A DNA stretch of 64,000 nt from Vezdaea acicularis (taxonomy: Eukaryota). The notes beneath the pieces were generated by a model. It saw nothing but the letters and a program-made list of their open reading frames with translations. It was not told the DNA's origin and ran no database searches. The translations under genes and the position numbers were made by a program. Location of the stretch: the NCBI GenBank assembly GCA_026025075.1, contig JAPEUI010000010.1, forward strand, positions 186,001-250,000. Direction: 5' to 3'. Of this stretch, positions 51,401 through 64,000 are shown piece by piece; the first letter of the stretch is position 1; each line of letters begins with the position of its first letter.

Positions 51401-51658
51401 CAAGTCCTCGTTCTCGTGCATGTCGAGTGGCCGCGATTCCAGTGCCTTGGTCTCCCTTCACCCATCTACTCTAGCGCCATGTGTCCTGTACGACTTCGAG
51501 CATGACATACGACGCGTCTGCTTCCCGATCTGTTCATCGAAATAGGGCGCCGAGGCGCACGAGGGAGGAGGGGTGTCCTTAACACCCAATTCGGCGGGTA
51601 GATCATCACCACCCTCACTAGACTCGGCTTCGTTTTCATCGACATCTCGAAAAACTCT

Positions 51659-51674
51659 CCCCCCCCCCCCCCCC
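51659..51674. repeat. Poly-C tract (16 C) upstream of the permease gene
   Basis: Counted directly in the sequence. Confidence 0.9.
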
Positions 51675-51983
51675 TCCCCCACTCGTCCCCTCCCTGCCTT
51701 CTTCACCGGGCAAGACGGGTATGACAGAGCACACCTTACGGAAAGACTACCCTAGCATCACTTTTCTACCAGGGATTGTCAGCCTAGCTGCCGTCTGGCC
51801 CGCCGTCTTTGTTCCGAACGTTTGCTGTGCCCACCAGATTCCCGGATTGATGGCGGTGATACCAGTCGCGCATATTCCGCCCTAGCTTGACCGTTTTTCT
51901 TTTTTGCGAATCCTCTCACTACTAAAAGACCATGTAGGTCCCCCACCTTGAGTCTTCCTTTTCTAAACTTTATACTGAGCGCA

Positions 51984-53817
51984 ATGACTACTATAGGAGA
52001 GACTAAGGGCGCTCCTGCCCATAGCGCATCCAAGCCGGAGAAGGGACCGGAGGCCTTTCCCTCGGCCCCGTATCCTGGCCTCATGGCAACGATTGTGGAT
52101 GACGATGAGCGTTTGCTTGCGCGCATTGGATATAGACAGGTAACGTTGGGAAGCGCATTAAGGCTAGAGGCTCTGCTAACATGTTCAAACAGGAACTACG
52201 TCGATCCTTTACGAAATGGACAACCGTCTCGTACGCCATCTCTATTCTTGGAGTCCTAGGCTCCGTGCCTGCGACCTTCAATGCTCCTCTGGCCGCTGGC
52301 GGCCCCGCAACAGCGGTTTGGTGTTGGTTTATAGGTTCTTTCATGGCGATGTGCATAGCGAGTTCAGGTAAATGTTTTCGCCTGAGAGGCTCTTTGATCC
52401 TTCCTCACTAACGAAAACATCTAAGTCGCGGAGTTGGTGTCTGCATATCCCACGGCGGGCGGCATGTATTTCGTCACAAAAAGTGTAGTTCCCGCGGAGC
52501 ATGTCCCAATATGGGCTTGGATTGTGGGGTGGTGCAATTTTTTGGGTCAGACGGCCGGAGTATCGAGTGTCGCATATACAGTATCGCAGATGATCCTTGC
52601 AGCCGCTTGCATGAACTCGACATTTGACGATGCTACCTCAACCTACTCATATACACCGTGAGTCGGGGGATAAAGCCCATCTTGAAAGCCGAGAGCACCG
52701 TTCACTAATCACGCGTCGGTATAGGACCCCTTTGCAGACGGTCCTCCTTTCCATCTTCCTCCTCATTCTCATGGGCATCATCTGCTCTCTCACCTCTCGC
52801 GCCCTGCATAAGATTATTATCTGGTTTGCTCCGATCAACGTGCTCGCCTCCGTGGGAATCTGCATCGCCTTGTTGTATCTCACGCCTCACAAGCAATCCG
52901 CAAGTTGGGTCTTTACTCACGTCACGGACGGTTCCGGCTGGGGCAGCCGTGGCTTCTCCTTTCTCCTTGGCTTCCTGTCCGTCGCATGGACGATGACCGA
53001 CTACGATGGCACCACCCACATGTCGGAGGAGACGCACGACGCCGCCATCCGTGGCCCACTGGCCATCCGCATGGCCGTCCTCGTCTCCGGCGTCGTCGGC
53101 TGGATGATCACCATCTCGCTCTGCTTCTGCATCTCCGACCTCGACTCCGTCCTCACCTCGCCCACCGGCCTCGCCGCCGCCCAGATCTTCCTCAACGCGG
53201 GCGGCCGCGCCGGCGGCTCCGCCATGTGGGCCTTTGTCATCCTCGTCCAGTTCTTCACCGGCTGCTCCGCCATGTTGGCCGACACGCGCATGGCCTACGC
53301 CTTCGCCCGCGACGGCGCCCTGCCCCTCTCCCCCCTCTGGAGCAAAGTCAACACGCACACGCACACGCCCGTCAACGCCGTCTGGCTCGTCGTCGCCTTC
53401 TCCGCCGCCCTCGACTGCATCGGAATCGGCAGCACCCAAACCGTCGTCGCCATCTTCAACGTGACCGCCCCGGCCCTCGACCTCTCCTACATCGCCGTCA
53501 TCGTCGCGCGCCTCGCCTACGCCTCGCGCGTCCGCTTCGTTGACGGGCCATACACCCTCGGCCGCTGGGGCAAGCCCGTCAACCTCGTCGCCATTTCCTG
53601 GGTCCTCTTCATCAGCGCCGTCCTCTTCTTCCCCACCGTCCGCCCCGTCTCCCCCAGCAACATGAACTACGGCATCGCCATCGCCGCCTTTATCGCCCTG
53701 TTTGCCGTCGGATGGTGGTGGGCCGGCGCCCGCAATTCTTATACAGGCCCCAGGACTAAGAATCTGCTCATCGAGATCCCAACGGCAGATGACTCGGCGC
53801 CTAGCGATGATGAGTAA
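51984..53817 (+). CDS. APC-superfamily amino-acid/polyamine permease (Uga4/Hnm1/Tpo5-like), 3 introns
   Basis: LARIGYRQ|ELRRSF, GGPATAVWCW, AELVSAYPTAGG, YDGTTHMSEET, TRMAYAFARDGALP and TPVNAVW. Confidence 0.92.
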
Positions 53818-54892
53818 AGAGCAGTGTGGTGGCCGGAAGAACCGCGGCAAGCGCGCATGTGCCGACACATCGATCGATAGTTCGGTAAGTCGCTTCGGTC
53901 CGCCTTTTCCCAACGTCGCTCAGAGAGCGCGTTATCGCAGCTTTTTGGCACGAGGATTCAGGTGCCTGTCGACTTGGAGATGGTTCGACCTTTTTTATTC
54001 TATTCATATCTATATATTTTTTATTGTTTCGAACGTTTCCTCATGAAATACATCGGACAAGGGGGTGCAAACCACATCAATTCATAGATGGGGGGAACAT
54101 ACGGCGATATGACAAGCGCGGTCGGGACTCGTGGGGGAGGAAGCGGGCGCGGGTATATATCCACACCAACCAGAACGCCTGAGGGAAGAGAAGGAACGGC
54201 GCGCACGCATTTCCGGGAACTTTTCTCTGCAATATTATCATTCCAGGTCTACATGTCCGTCTGTCAGCCTGCCTATCCATCCGTTCATCTTCTCCACCCT
54301 CCCATCGCATTCCATCCAACCAAAAACCTACATCCTCCAGAATCAACCAACTTTTCCTATCCATCTCCCCATCTCATCATCCCCGCACCAATCCATCCGT
54401 TATGCATACATCCCACAACCCATTAACCTGCCCCATAAACCGGACTCAAACCGGACCATCTCCCGCGCGTAAGAAATTCACAACCACCCCTCCCCACCCG
54501 TTCATCCGTCTATCAACCCTTCCTCTCTGGACCATCGGACCATGCTGCAACTGTGAACAGTGAAAGCTCGTGTTCGCGTGGTTGCGGATGGAGAAGGTGT
54601 GGAGTGTTTCCCTGACTAGAGCACAAAGGTATCTTGGGATCGAGCTGCATGTGGGGAACATGTTTGTGGGGGGGTTGCGCAAGGGTGCGGGGTATGGATA
54701 AGGACTGGGAAGGGGGGGGGAGGGGGGATATATACAAGTCCGCCTGTGTTTCGGTTATTGTGGTATTTACAGATGAGCACCTCCTCTCCCTGACACCACA
54801 AAGCCGGTGTAAGTTTATACAAAGAATCCAACCCCCCCCCCTTCCTCCCCTTTCCAAAAACCACATTACGAGACCGCCGCCGCATCCCATGA

Positions 54893-57800
54893 TCACGAAA
54901 CAACCATCGCATCCACCGTGGCACTCAGCCCCAACCCCCTCGAACTTCCCCCAACCCAAACCCTCGCCCCCATTACCTCTTTCCAATCCTGCAACCCTAC
55001 ATCCCAGCGACTCAAATCCCTCCTCGTAAGGCCCGTCTCCCACACAGTAGACTCGCCCGGCAAAATACTCAACCGCTCGAAAGCGCGGAGTTGCAGAGCC
55101 GGATCGTCGGGCCCGCCGAGACTGATGTAGAGTTGTGCGACTTCCTCGCCTGGGAGAGAGCCGGTATTGCGGATGAGTGCGCGGACGGTGTAGAGTGTGT
55201 CGTAGAGGAGGGCGTTGCCGCCGGGAGTACCGCCTGCGGAGGGGATGGGTTGCGGGGTGGAGTCGTGTGCGTGGGGGGGGATGGAGGAAGAGGAGTCGAG
55301 TCCGCTTGGGAGGGAGGTGTTGTTGAGGTAGGGATAGATGTATGCTGGCACTTTTGTGAAGTTCGCGGGGAACTGGTACAAGCTCAGGTTTGCGCTGGCG
55401 TTTCCGTAAGTGGGTGCGGCGGTCGTCATACCGGGTGGTGAGGGGGGAGGGTAGGACGCGTTAGTCAGACGCGGGGAGATGGTCAGGTTGGAGTAGGCGA
55501 AGGTGGTGTAGGAGAGGCCGAAGCCGAACTCGTAGGCGGGCGTCTTGTTCGCGCGGTCGAAGGCGCGGTAGTCGATGAAGACGCCCTCTTCGAAGTTTGC
55601 CTGCGGGGGACCATTGCCGTTGTTGGGGAGGTAGAGGAGGTCGGAGCCGTAATCTTGGCGGCTGGTGCCGATCGTGAAGGGGAGTTTGCCGGCGGGGTTC
55701 TGGCGCCCGTAGAGCACGTCGGCGATGCTGTTTCCGGCTTGCTCGCCGGGTAGGCCGGCCCAGATGATGGCGGTGACGTTGGGGTTGTCCTTGAAGCTGT
55801 TGACGAGGACGGGGCCGACGGAGGAGATGATGACGATGGTGTTGTTGCACACGCTCGAGATGTTCTGGATCAAGACTTCGCCGCCATGCCACAGAGTCAG
55901 GTTCTGTCGGTCTCCTTCGTTGCCGTCCACACTGATATAGCCCTCGCCGCTATCTGCGCTGACAAAGACCAAAGCTACGCTGGCGCGGCTGGCGAGGGTG
56001 GCGATTTGCGAGCTGGCGTAGTTGTTCGTCACGCTCTCCACAGTGCCGCCTTGGGAGAGTACCTCGTTCTGGATTGCGGTCAAAGGAGTTACAAGGTAGG
56101 GGTAGTTGGCCGTTCCGCTTCCCCAGCCTTGACCTAGGGTGCCATTATCGCAGCCACGGTCGGGACAGCCGTTTGGACCATAGACATTGTCGCCCGCACC
56201 TTGACCAAAAACAGCGGTCAATTTCTCCTTGCCAAGGGGGAGCGCTGAGTTGTTATTCTTCAGGAGAACGGCGGCCTTGGCGCCAATCTCACGGATCAAG
56301 GAAGCGTGTTCCTGGCGCACATCAACGTGTTGGTTGATCAGCCCATAGCCGTACTTGGGCCCGCCGACGGGGTGGAGCGACCCGAAGGTATCGAGGGTCC
56401 AAGAGTCAAAGTTGATGGGAACTTGCGTCTTGTCGCGGCCGACTTTGTACCAGGCGGCCATGATCCGCGTCGCCATATCGTCGAGGCGCCACTCTGGGAC
56501 GGACCCATTCAGCACAGCGATGGTGAGGTTGGCGCCCCAGTATGACATCCCGGAGAAAAAACTCGAGTCGCCCGGCATGGTCATATCGAGGCCGGCAAGA
56601 GCACTGGAAACGCCAGAATGCTGCGCGGCCCAGTCGGACATGACGAACCCTTGAAAGTCAAGTTCATCTTTGAGGAGCTTATTCAGGGTGTATGAGTTTT
56701 GGCAGCCATAAGAGTTGTTGATTTGGTTATAGGAACACATTATCGAGCCAGTGCCAGCACGGACAGCGTCTGCGAAGGGCCTGGATTGACATTAGTCCTG
56801 TTTGCTTTGTAAAATACTGATCCACAAGCCTTCGCGCAATTGCGTAGAGCAGCCTCTGATTTATACGGGTGATGAGAGCTCGCCCACACAGCGAAAGCCT
56901 TTTCATGCAATGAGGGGGGCGCTCATCCGGTAGGAAGTTTCACGTAGTGTTCAAGGCTCCGTGTACAGGACTGCAAGAGCCGAGAAAAAGACTCACCAAA
57001 GATAAAGCTCATGCATAGTGCGATCATCAATATTGGACGATAAACTATCCGTGATGTTATACCCAAACCCCTCCGCCTCGGGCGCCTGGCGGAAGTGTTC
57101 CTGCTCGTTACCGATATAATGCTTCGAGCAGGCAATGACGCCCGCGTCTTGAATACCGCGCACGGTCTCTGCCATGGCAATGCCAGTCAAGACTGGATCA
57201 GGGCTAAAGCCCTCCCAGTTGCGGCCGCCGGCGGGAGATCTGCTGCGGTCAGCGCTGTTTGGTTCTTCCCCCCAACTTCGGTGTTACGCACCTTCCAAGA
57301 GGTCCAGACACAGGGCCCAGCTGAATATCAACGCCTTTGTCGCGGTGCTCGGAACCCATTGCGTTTCCGCGGCGATACATCAGGTCTCTCGACCACGTAG
57401 CAGCAACGGTCATGCCCGCCGGGAAAACCGAATTATAGTCCGCTGCAGCAACACCCCCAGATCAGCCCCTCCCACTTTCACTCAATCGACATTAAAGAAG
57501 CAAACTCACTATCTCGCACCCCCAAGGGCGAATCCTGCAGACATAGACTCCGAAAGTTCATCCGCGGTATCGCGCCGGTCTGCCCAACGCATCTCTCGCC
57601 TTCCCACCCGACGCCCGTCGTCAGGTTGACCTTTTCCAGCAGCGTCAGCTGGCTGACGAAGGCCCTCGCTTTCGCATAGGCGTCCGCCCAGTCGCCCGCG
57701 CCGGAGCCCCATGGTGAAGGGTAGAAGGGTGGAGAGGTCTGGTTCGAGTGCGCGCCTGCTTGGGCGTAGGCGGCGACGGCTTCGGGATAGGTCGTGTTGG

Positions 57801-58006
57801 GGAACTGGGGAAGAGTTCAGCTGACATGTTCGTTCTACCAGTCGTACAGAACGTAAAGCATGGAATTGGCGGCGGAAACTTACGGGTGCACTAGAGTTTG
57901 AAACGCCGGTACTGTTCACCTCCTGGCCTTTGCTGAAGCCGGCAAAAAGGAGCAGCAGCGGAAGAAAAGCGGTACGCGACGGGAGGACCTGCGGCGAGCC
58001 GAGCAT
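54893..58006 (-). CDS. Secreted GH3 beta-glucosidase (BglA/Cel3A-like), multi-intron
   Basis: Signal peptide, [50 protein letters not shown], nucleophile motif VMSDW, SGEGY and a FnIII-like C-terminus. Confidence 0.95.
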
Positions 58007-59032
58007 CGTCTCGAGACAAAATGATGCAATACTAAACCTTATGCGTAAGATATCTAGCATAGCAAAAAAGCAATCGCATAACATCTAGACAATAAAGCGG
58101 GGAAGAAACACAGCGATATACGAAAGCAGGAATGCTCTGCCCCCAACTCAGCAGCGTCATCCATGCTCCACTTGTCCCAAGTGAGAAGGGCTAAGGTACA
58201 TGTACCTCGGGTTCAGCACCTCTTTCGTGCATTCCTGTCGCCATGCCGACGAACACCGGGCGGCGCTTCGAGAAGCGGGACCCCGCCACTCCCGCCTTCC
58301 CCACACCGAGCTAAGATCTCACGCACTTGAAGCGCAGGGAGAACGCACCCCGGATCTGATTTCGAATATGCGCGTTCCATGCAAGTTTCAATGGTCTACG
58401 ATACCTCTTGTCAGTTCTTTGTGATATACAAGAGAAGCTCCATCCACGCCTTCCTCAGCTACTGCTCGACATGCCCATCACCACGCCGTTTTGAGTGCGC
58501 GACACATCAGTACGCAACTGCCGCCACCGGCCTATCTTGATCTCCACTCACTAAAGCCCTAGCCAAGCCTTCCCTAGGCTCTGCAGAAATGCGGGGTAAC
58601 TCTTTTGTTCCTGTAGGTTAGCTCCCGCATCATGTGCCGGAAGCTCTAGCTTCGAGCTGGGATGCAGTCATGACGACGATATGAGCATTTCGGTTCCGGC
58701 GCTTGGCGAGAGACCCTTCTTCGAGCTCGTTCGGGGTTGGAGATGGGGCTGAGACTGGGTTCTTAACCCTGGATTCAATGCTGGGCTTTACGTTGGGGCT
58801 CGGGCAACACTCGACCCTAACCCTAATCCTGGTATCAATAGCTCGCGCACACGTGTGCACTCACTTGCTAGGACCGGCACCGTTAGTCCTTGCGGGATGG
58901 GTTTGAAAGCTTCGTCGTTTTAGATAACGAAAACTGATATGATATGGCACAAAACCCTTCGTTGTATCTCGTTCTATACCCCGACTCGAACTTCACCCCC
59001 CCCCCCCCAACCCCCCAACCCCTTTACCCCTT

Positions 59033-60090
59033 CTACAGAGCCTCCAAATCCCTCCTCCTCCTCCGCCTACCCCCTCCCCGCGCCAAACTCATACCCAGAT
59101 CCAACCCCAACCCAACCTCGCACCTCCGCAACGCGCTCCGATCAGCCACCACCCACCCCATCCCACCCACCCCACACCCCGCCGCCCGGCCAACAAACCC
59201 GCCTGCACCCCCCCTCTTAGGTTTCCTCCCACTCGGTCCGGCCTTAAACCCACTCCTCCTCCTCTCGCGATCCCTCTCCTCCTGCTCCCTCTGCTCCCTC
59301 TCCTCCGTATCCAGTACATCCTTCGTGAATGCGGTCCAGCTATCGACGCTATTCCCCAGATACTTCAAATAGTGCGTATACTCCTCAACCGACGTTTCGG
59401 GGCCGAGCCGCAGGCAGCGGCAGTTGGTCCGGCAGTAGCCCTCTCGCCCGCTGATGGCCCGGTAGAGGACTGCGTCCATGATCTTGCGCGGGCGGCAGTC
59501 CATCTCCCCTGTTGGCAGGCATTGGCAGCCGAAGGAGGGGCTGGAGGGGAGAGAGGGTGGGTTAGCTGGGGTGAGATTCATGGGGTTGATCGGTTTGTGG
59601 AGGGCTGGGCCTCCGATGCTAGAGACTGGATATAACCTCCAGTCCGACGAGTATAAGGGGGGTAAAAGATCCGGGTGAGATAAGGCATGGAAGGAAATAG
59701 GGAGAGGAAGAGAGACGAGAGACGAGAGACGTACTGGTCCTCTGTAGCCTCGCACACATGCTCTGGGTGTGGGGTAAACGTATTGAAGAGGAACTTGACG
59801 ACCTCGCCGTCGCTGTCGGTGAGGGGCACATGCTTCCCATCAAAGCTCGGCCCTGGGCAGATGAAGTTCCACTTCGAAAGGACCTCGGACTCGCTCCCGC
59901 GATCGCGGGTGGTGGATGATGAAGCCGAGTCGCCGGAGGAGTCGCTGGACGAGGCAGCGACGGCCTGGCTGGGGGAGGTGGCCAGAGCTACGTGGGAGAA
60001 ATCAAAGCAGGAGAGGATGAAGAGCAAGATGAATGCGAGCAGGGAGCTGGGTCGAGGAGTGATGTGGAGAAAGATAAGGGAGAGCGCCAT
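59033..60090 (-). CDS. Putative secreted Cys-rich protein, one intron ~59639-59734
   Basis: Hydrophobic N-terminus (SLLAFILLFILSCF..VALA); a GTACGT donor joins two ORFs in frame; Cys pattern C...C...CxC-x6-C...CxxxCxC. Confidence 0.6.
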
Positions 60091-60765
60091 GGCTGGGACG
60101 ATGCAGTGTAGATCATGAGAGCCTGCTTGCGTGCTAAGAGGTGGGGAGCCATGGTCCTGCATTCGGGGGGGGAGACGTTGTTTTTTTATTGCCACGAGCA
60201 GGCTGGGGTACCATTGGGCAGCGGGTGGCCTGTTCGTCGGCAGTGGCGCGGAGAAATAACGCGACGAAGCTGCAATTGCCTCATTGTTAGTATCGAAGCT
60301 GACGAGCGATGATGTGATGTAAGATCAATATGTCAGCCCCGAAGATTAGGTTTTTTTGGCAGGTCAGGCAGATTAAGAGTGGAGAGGAAAGTGTTCTGTT
60401 TTCAGAACGCAAGAATCTTTTGATTGCTGAATCGGGTGTACGTCGCATCAAAACCCACACCGAAAAGTGCAAAGAGAATACGCAAGGCACTCAGCAGCTC
60501 CTCGGCAGCATTACAATCGCGCTCGCGGTCGCCGAAGAGGAGTCGGAAATAAGAATAATGTTGGACAAGTCCTGTGCTTTACGCAGTTGGAGAGTGGATG
60601 ATAGAGCAATCGTAGACTCCGGAACCCAGCCAGGTGATGCAAGCTCTTGAGCCGTGATACCGAGAGGAAGAAAGGGTGGGAAGAGAAAAAAAAAAAAGCA
60701 AGAGATATAATCAACTCCCCGGACCGATGCATTCATTTTTCACGTCCCTTTTTCGTTGCTCGTGT

Positions 60766-62936
60766 TCACGTTGCGAGAAAGTCCCATCCGAACTTCTGGA
60801 TCACCGTCTCCCAATCCCATGACGATTCGTCACCCTTGTTCATCAGATCCCATACTGCTTCCACCACCTTTCTCGCCGGCTCAATGTTGCGAAAGTTCGA
60901 GTATCGCTTCAACGTACCAAGACATTTCTTGATCTCGGGCCGTTGCTCTTCCTTGAACGCAGAACAGCCGAGCAGGAACAGCGGCATCAACAAGATGCTC
61001 TGTGTCGATGCATCAGGCGACAGTTGTCTCAGATACTCTAGTCCTTCGTCGACAGCATCGATGATCTTTTTCGTTGGTGTTGATTTATGAACGGTCCGGT
61101 AGAGATAGATCCAGGTGCATTGTCGATATAGTTGAGCGGCTATGTAGCCTTCCGTACCAGGCTGCTGCACTGGTTGCCAATCCCTTATATAGGCATCTAA
61201 CACCATCGCGTCGCTCATCGTTTGCTCGTCCACGACCGGTTGAATGTTATTCTGGTATCGATATCTGATCTTGTCTCGTAGTCGGGTGATCTTTGAGATG
61301 TACGAAAATAGTCCGTCGAAGACACCCAACAGCGTGCCCGCGCCTGGCTGCACGATGAAAGCAGGCAAGGTGAAGTCCGAGGTCATATCCAGATCTTTGC
61401 GGCTCAGCGAGGTGATGGCGGATAGCATCCAGTGGAAGGCGAAAAACTCGTATATGAAGTTTGCAAAGTCGGCGTTTCCGATCTCACTCTTACTATCAAT
61501 CATAGCCTTGCACGCATCTAGATGCGGACGATATTCCCCTTCCTTCTCCCCGTTGCATATCGACTGAAGGACCAAGACGATCGTTGTCGCCACAATCGGA
61601 TCCTCGATAGGCTCATCACTGGCCCCATCCCGATGCCTCGCCAAGCTCGCATCATCCTTCAAGAGCTTGATGGCCCTATCCAGATGAAACATCCTCCGTT
61701 CTTCGATCGGCCCAGTGTTGTCGGAGCAATGTGCGGATGACAGGCATAAGATGGAGTGCATCAGCCCGGTGTGTCGAGTGGCCATGGGCAGTAGAAGGTT
61801 TTTGAATGGGTTGGAGTCGCCATAGCTGACCGACATGACTTCACTGACGCGTTCGATGAAGTGATCAAGAAGCTGCCGGTCCAGTTCCGTCTCCACGCCG
61901 TCGTAGAGAACGGACAGCTCGCGGGGCTGAGTTAACTGCCGAGCCATTCGCGCTACGAAAAGAAACCAGTCAGTCCCCGCGGAAAATATGTCGTGGTGAT
62001 CAATTGCAAGGCTACCTTCTTCTGCTTTCTGCCGCCCACTCTTCCAGACCTTTCTTTCCATGTAGCCTTCGCATTGGACAGCGTTTTTCTGACAGTTCAA
62101 GCCTAGGCATCGTCAGTGATCGGAACTACCGTACCCCATACAACCTCATGTCACACTCGACGCGAAGGGCGCTCACAGGCAGGCTTCGTCTCGTCGCACT
62201 TCTTCTTCCGTCTACGACACGTTTGACATCCCGTTTTCGATCGACCTTTCGTGACCTTGGACTGTGCGTCGGGTGATGGAAGTGGATGTTTGCGTGGTCG
62301 GCCTCGTGGCCTTTTGGGGTTGACGGGACCGGACGCTTCAATCGACTCGGGTATGGTGGCAGGCGAGTCCTTCGCATCATCATCATAATCCAGCTGGTCG
62401 GTCTCGTCCTCCTCTTTCACCCGATGATCCATCATCCGACTGCCATCTTGGGCTCCAGGCCCGGTCGGCGTAGACATTGGCGATGATCGTTCGGTCGATG
62501 GTGTGTGAATTGATGTCCTCAATCCGACTGACGATGGCCCAATCGAAAATGGGGACGATGCTTGAATCGAGTAAATCAGGTCCGGGGGCCTTAGTAGGAG
62601 TTCGAGGGCAGAGTTGATCAGTGTGGTGGGTGATTGGTGAGGCCAGTAATTCGGTCGCCGAGGTGGATCAATTTCCTCCGCATCCGAATCGTCCTGATCG
62701 ATATCGTTCAGGTCCTGGTGACGAGCGTGTTCGTCGTCACCTTCGGATGGTGAGGAGAGGATGGATTCACCCGAGTACCTTTCGGTGGTTCCTGATAATG
62801 GAGGCACCGGCGAGACGAGCAGCGGTTGGGTCCGATTTCCGACGGTCGGGTGGACGTCGTTTGCGGCGTAGGGCCGGTGGCCTGGAGGATCGAGAAAAGC
62901 AACGGGTGGATTGAGGGGCAATCCGTGGCTCGTCAT
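60766..62936 (-). CDS. Zn(II)2Cys6 transcription factor with an AT-hook and a Fungal_trans_2-type C-terminal domain, Acr-2-like
   Basis: KRPRGRPRKHP AT-hook, GRSKTGCQTCRRRKKKCDETKP|CLNCQKNAVQCEGY, NPFKNLLLPMA, LLMPLFLLGC and WDWE..I...GWDFLAT. Confidence 0.9.
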
Positions 62937-64000
62937 CCGATGGCAAGTACGGGTGAAGACTTGAAGAAGGAGGAAGGGCAGGAGTCGAGGGAACGAGGAT
63001 GGCCTCGGCGCGGTAGCTGGACGACCACTGGCGGTGCTTCCGACACAGAATTTGGCGCGCTGCAGGCCAGGGGCGAGAGAGCAGCGACTGGTTTGAGCTT
63101 GAAAGTCGACTGATGATGGTACGCTCGTCAAGCGGCCTATTCATTGATGGCCCTTCCAACGGACAGCGCGCTCTTCCTTCCGCTCTCTTTTCTCACTCTT
63201 TCTCGCGTTGTCTCCTTCTCTCTCTGAAGCGCGCAACGCCTCGGTGCTGGCCAACGCCTTAAGCTTCCGCACGAGGCAGCGCGATGGCGGCGATAATAAG
63301 GGGGGGGGGTGCGATGGTGGTGGGCGGGGAAAGGATTGGATAGGGAACGGCGGACAAGCGGCGTCTGCTGGCGGGCGAAGCGGATGTGCGGGGTTTGCGA
63401 AAGAAACGCCAATCGCTTTCAGCGCCCGGAATCTCGAACACACAATCGCGACAGTCCGACGCCGGGCAAAGTCAAACCCGGTCGGTCCAGCAGTTTGTTG
63501 CAGCAAGAGCAGCAGCGGTAGTCGTCGCGGAGAATCCAGACGCACTCGGATATTGGAGGGATCAATTGAAGGGTGCCGGTCCTCTGAAATTCCTCTCGTT
63601 CTCCGCCCGGCTTCCGCGCTCGAGTCAACCTCTTTCTCGTCCCCCGAGCGTCGTGCAGCTCAACAACTGCAGGCGTCGCCAGCTGCGTTTTATGAGGGTT
63701 CCGCTCGGCGGGATTCGAGACGCGGATTGGTGGAGCGTTGGTGTCTGCGAGTTGCAGTAGTAGCGAAGTATCGAGCCAGCGGGCAAGCTCCCGTCGATCA
63801 ATCCCCCCAATCAAGGGAGGCCGCGCAGGAGAAGGTCGTTGCGAGGACGTGCAGGCGGATGCACCAGAGCGAAGTTAGATATGACCGTCCAAAGCCCCCG
63901 TCTCGTAGGCCGGGACCAATCGTCTCGTGGCGAAGTTGACAGGACACCAGGGGAGAGAGAAGGGGGAGAGAATGAAGTTGTGGGGAAAGAGGCTCGAGAG

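Noticed and set aside
48744..51750. Many short ORFs in the GC-rich region upstream of the permease, including a possible small spliced minus-strand gene at ~48990-49760
   Set aside because: No recognisable domain and no consistent exon chain could be built; short ORFs are expected at this GC content.
52705..53913. 402-aa antisense ORF and 212-aa alternative-frame ORF over the permease
   Set aside because: Shadow ORFs caused by extreme C-ending codon bias of the real gene; low-complexity translations.
63208..63939. 243-aa plus-strand ORF upstream of the Zn2Cys6 gene
   Set aside because: Non-ATG start, no domain, and it lies in the probable 5' UTR/promoter of the minus-strand transcription factor.

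Overview
Gene-dense region of a filamentous ascomycete (Pezizomycotina-type) nuclear genome with short GT-AG introns. About 29 protein-coding genes are supportable. The left ~39 kb is a compact run of mostly housekeeping genes: HOP2, a CCCH protein (Lee1/Cps3-like), RPN12, DPH7, Bles03/DUF1917, VPS51, GCD6, an Ariadne RBR ligase, NIF3, DUF2434, ECO1, two MFS transporters, UBC4, glutaryl-CoA dehydrogenase, SAS2 and COQ1. The right ~25 kb looks GC-richer by eye, with poly-C/G tracts and longer intergenic regions. It holds an AVO2-like ankyrin gene, CFT2, a ~181-bp tandem repeat, an APC amino-acid permease, a GH3 beta-glucosidase, a secreted Cys-rich protein and an Acr-2-like Zn2Cys6 factor. The main finding is a 9-exon, ~560-aa NoxB-like NADPH oxidase gene (24852-27118, minus). 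It splices by hand into an uninterrupted frame, yet lacks both inner-heme His ligands and has degenerate FAD/NADPH motifs while keeping the outer-heme His pair, making it a candidate pseudo-enzyme. No tRNA, rRNA, CRISPR array or transposon was recognised. All gene calls come from motif recognition by eye, not from database searches.
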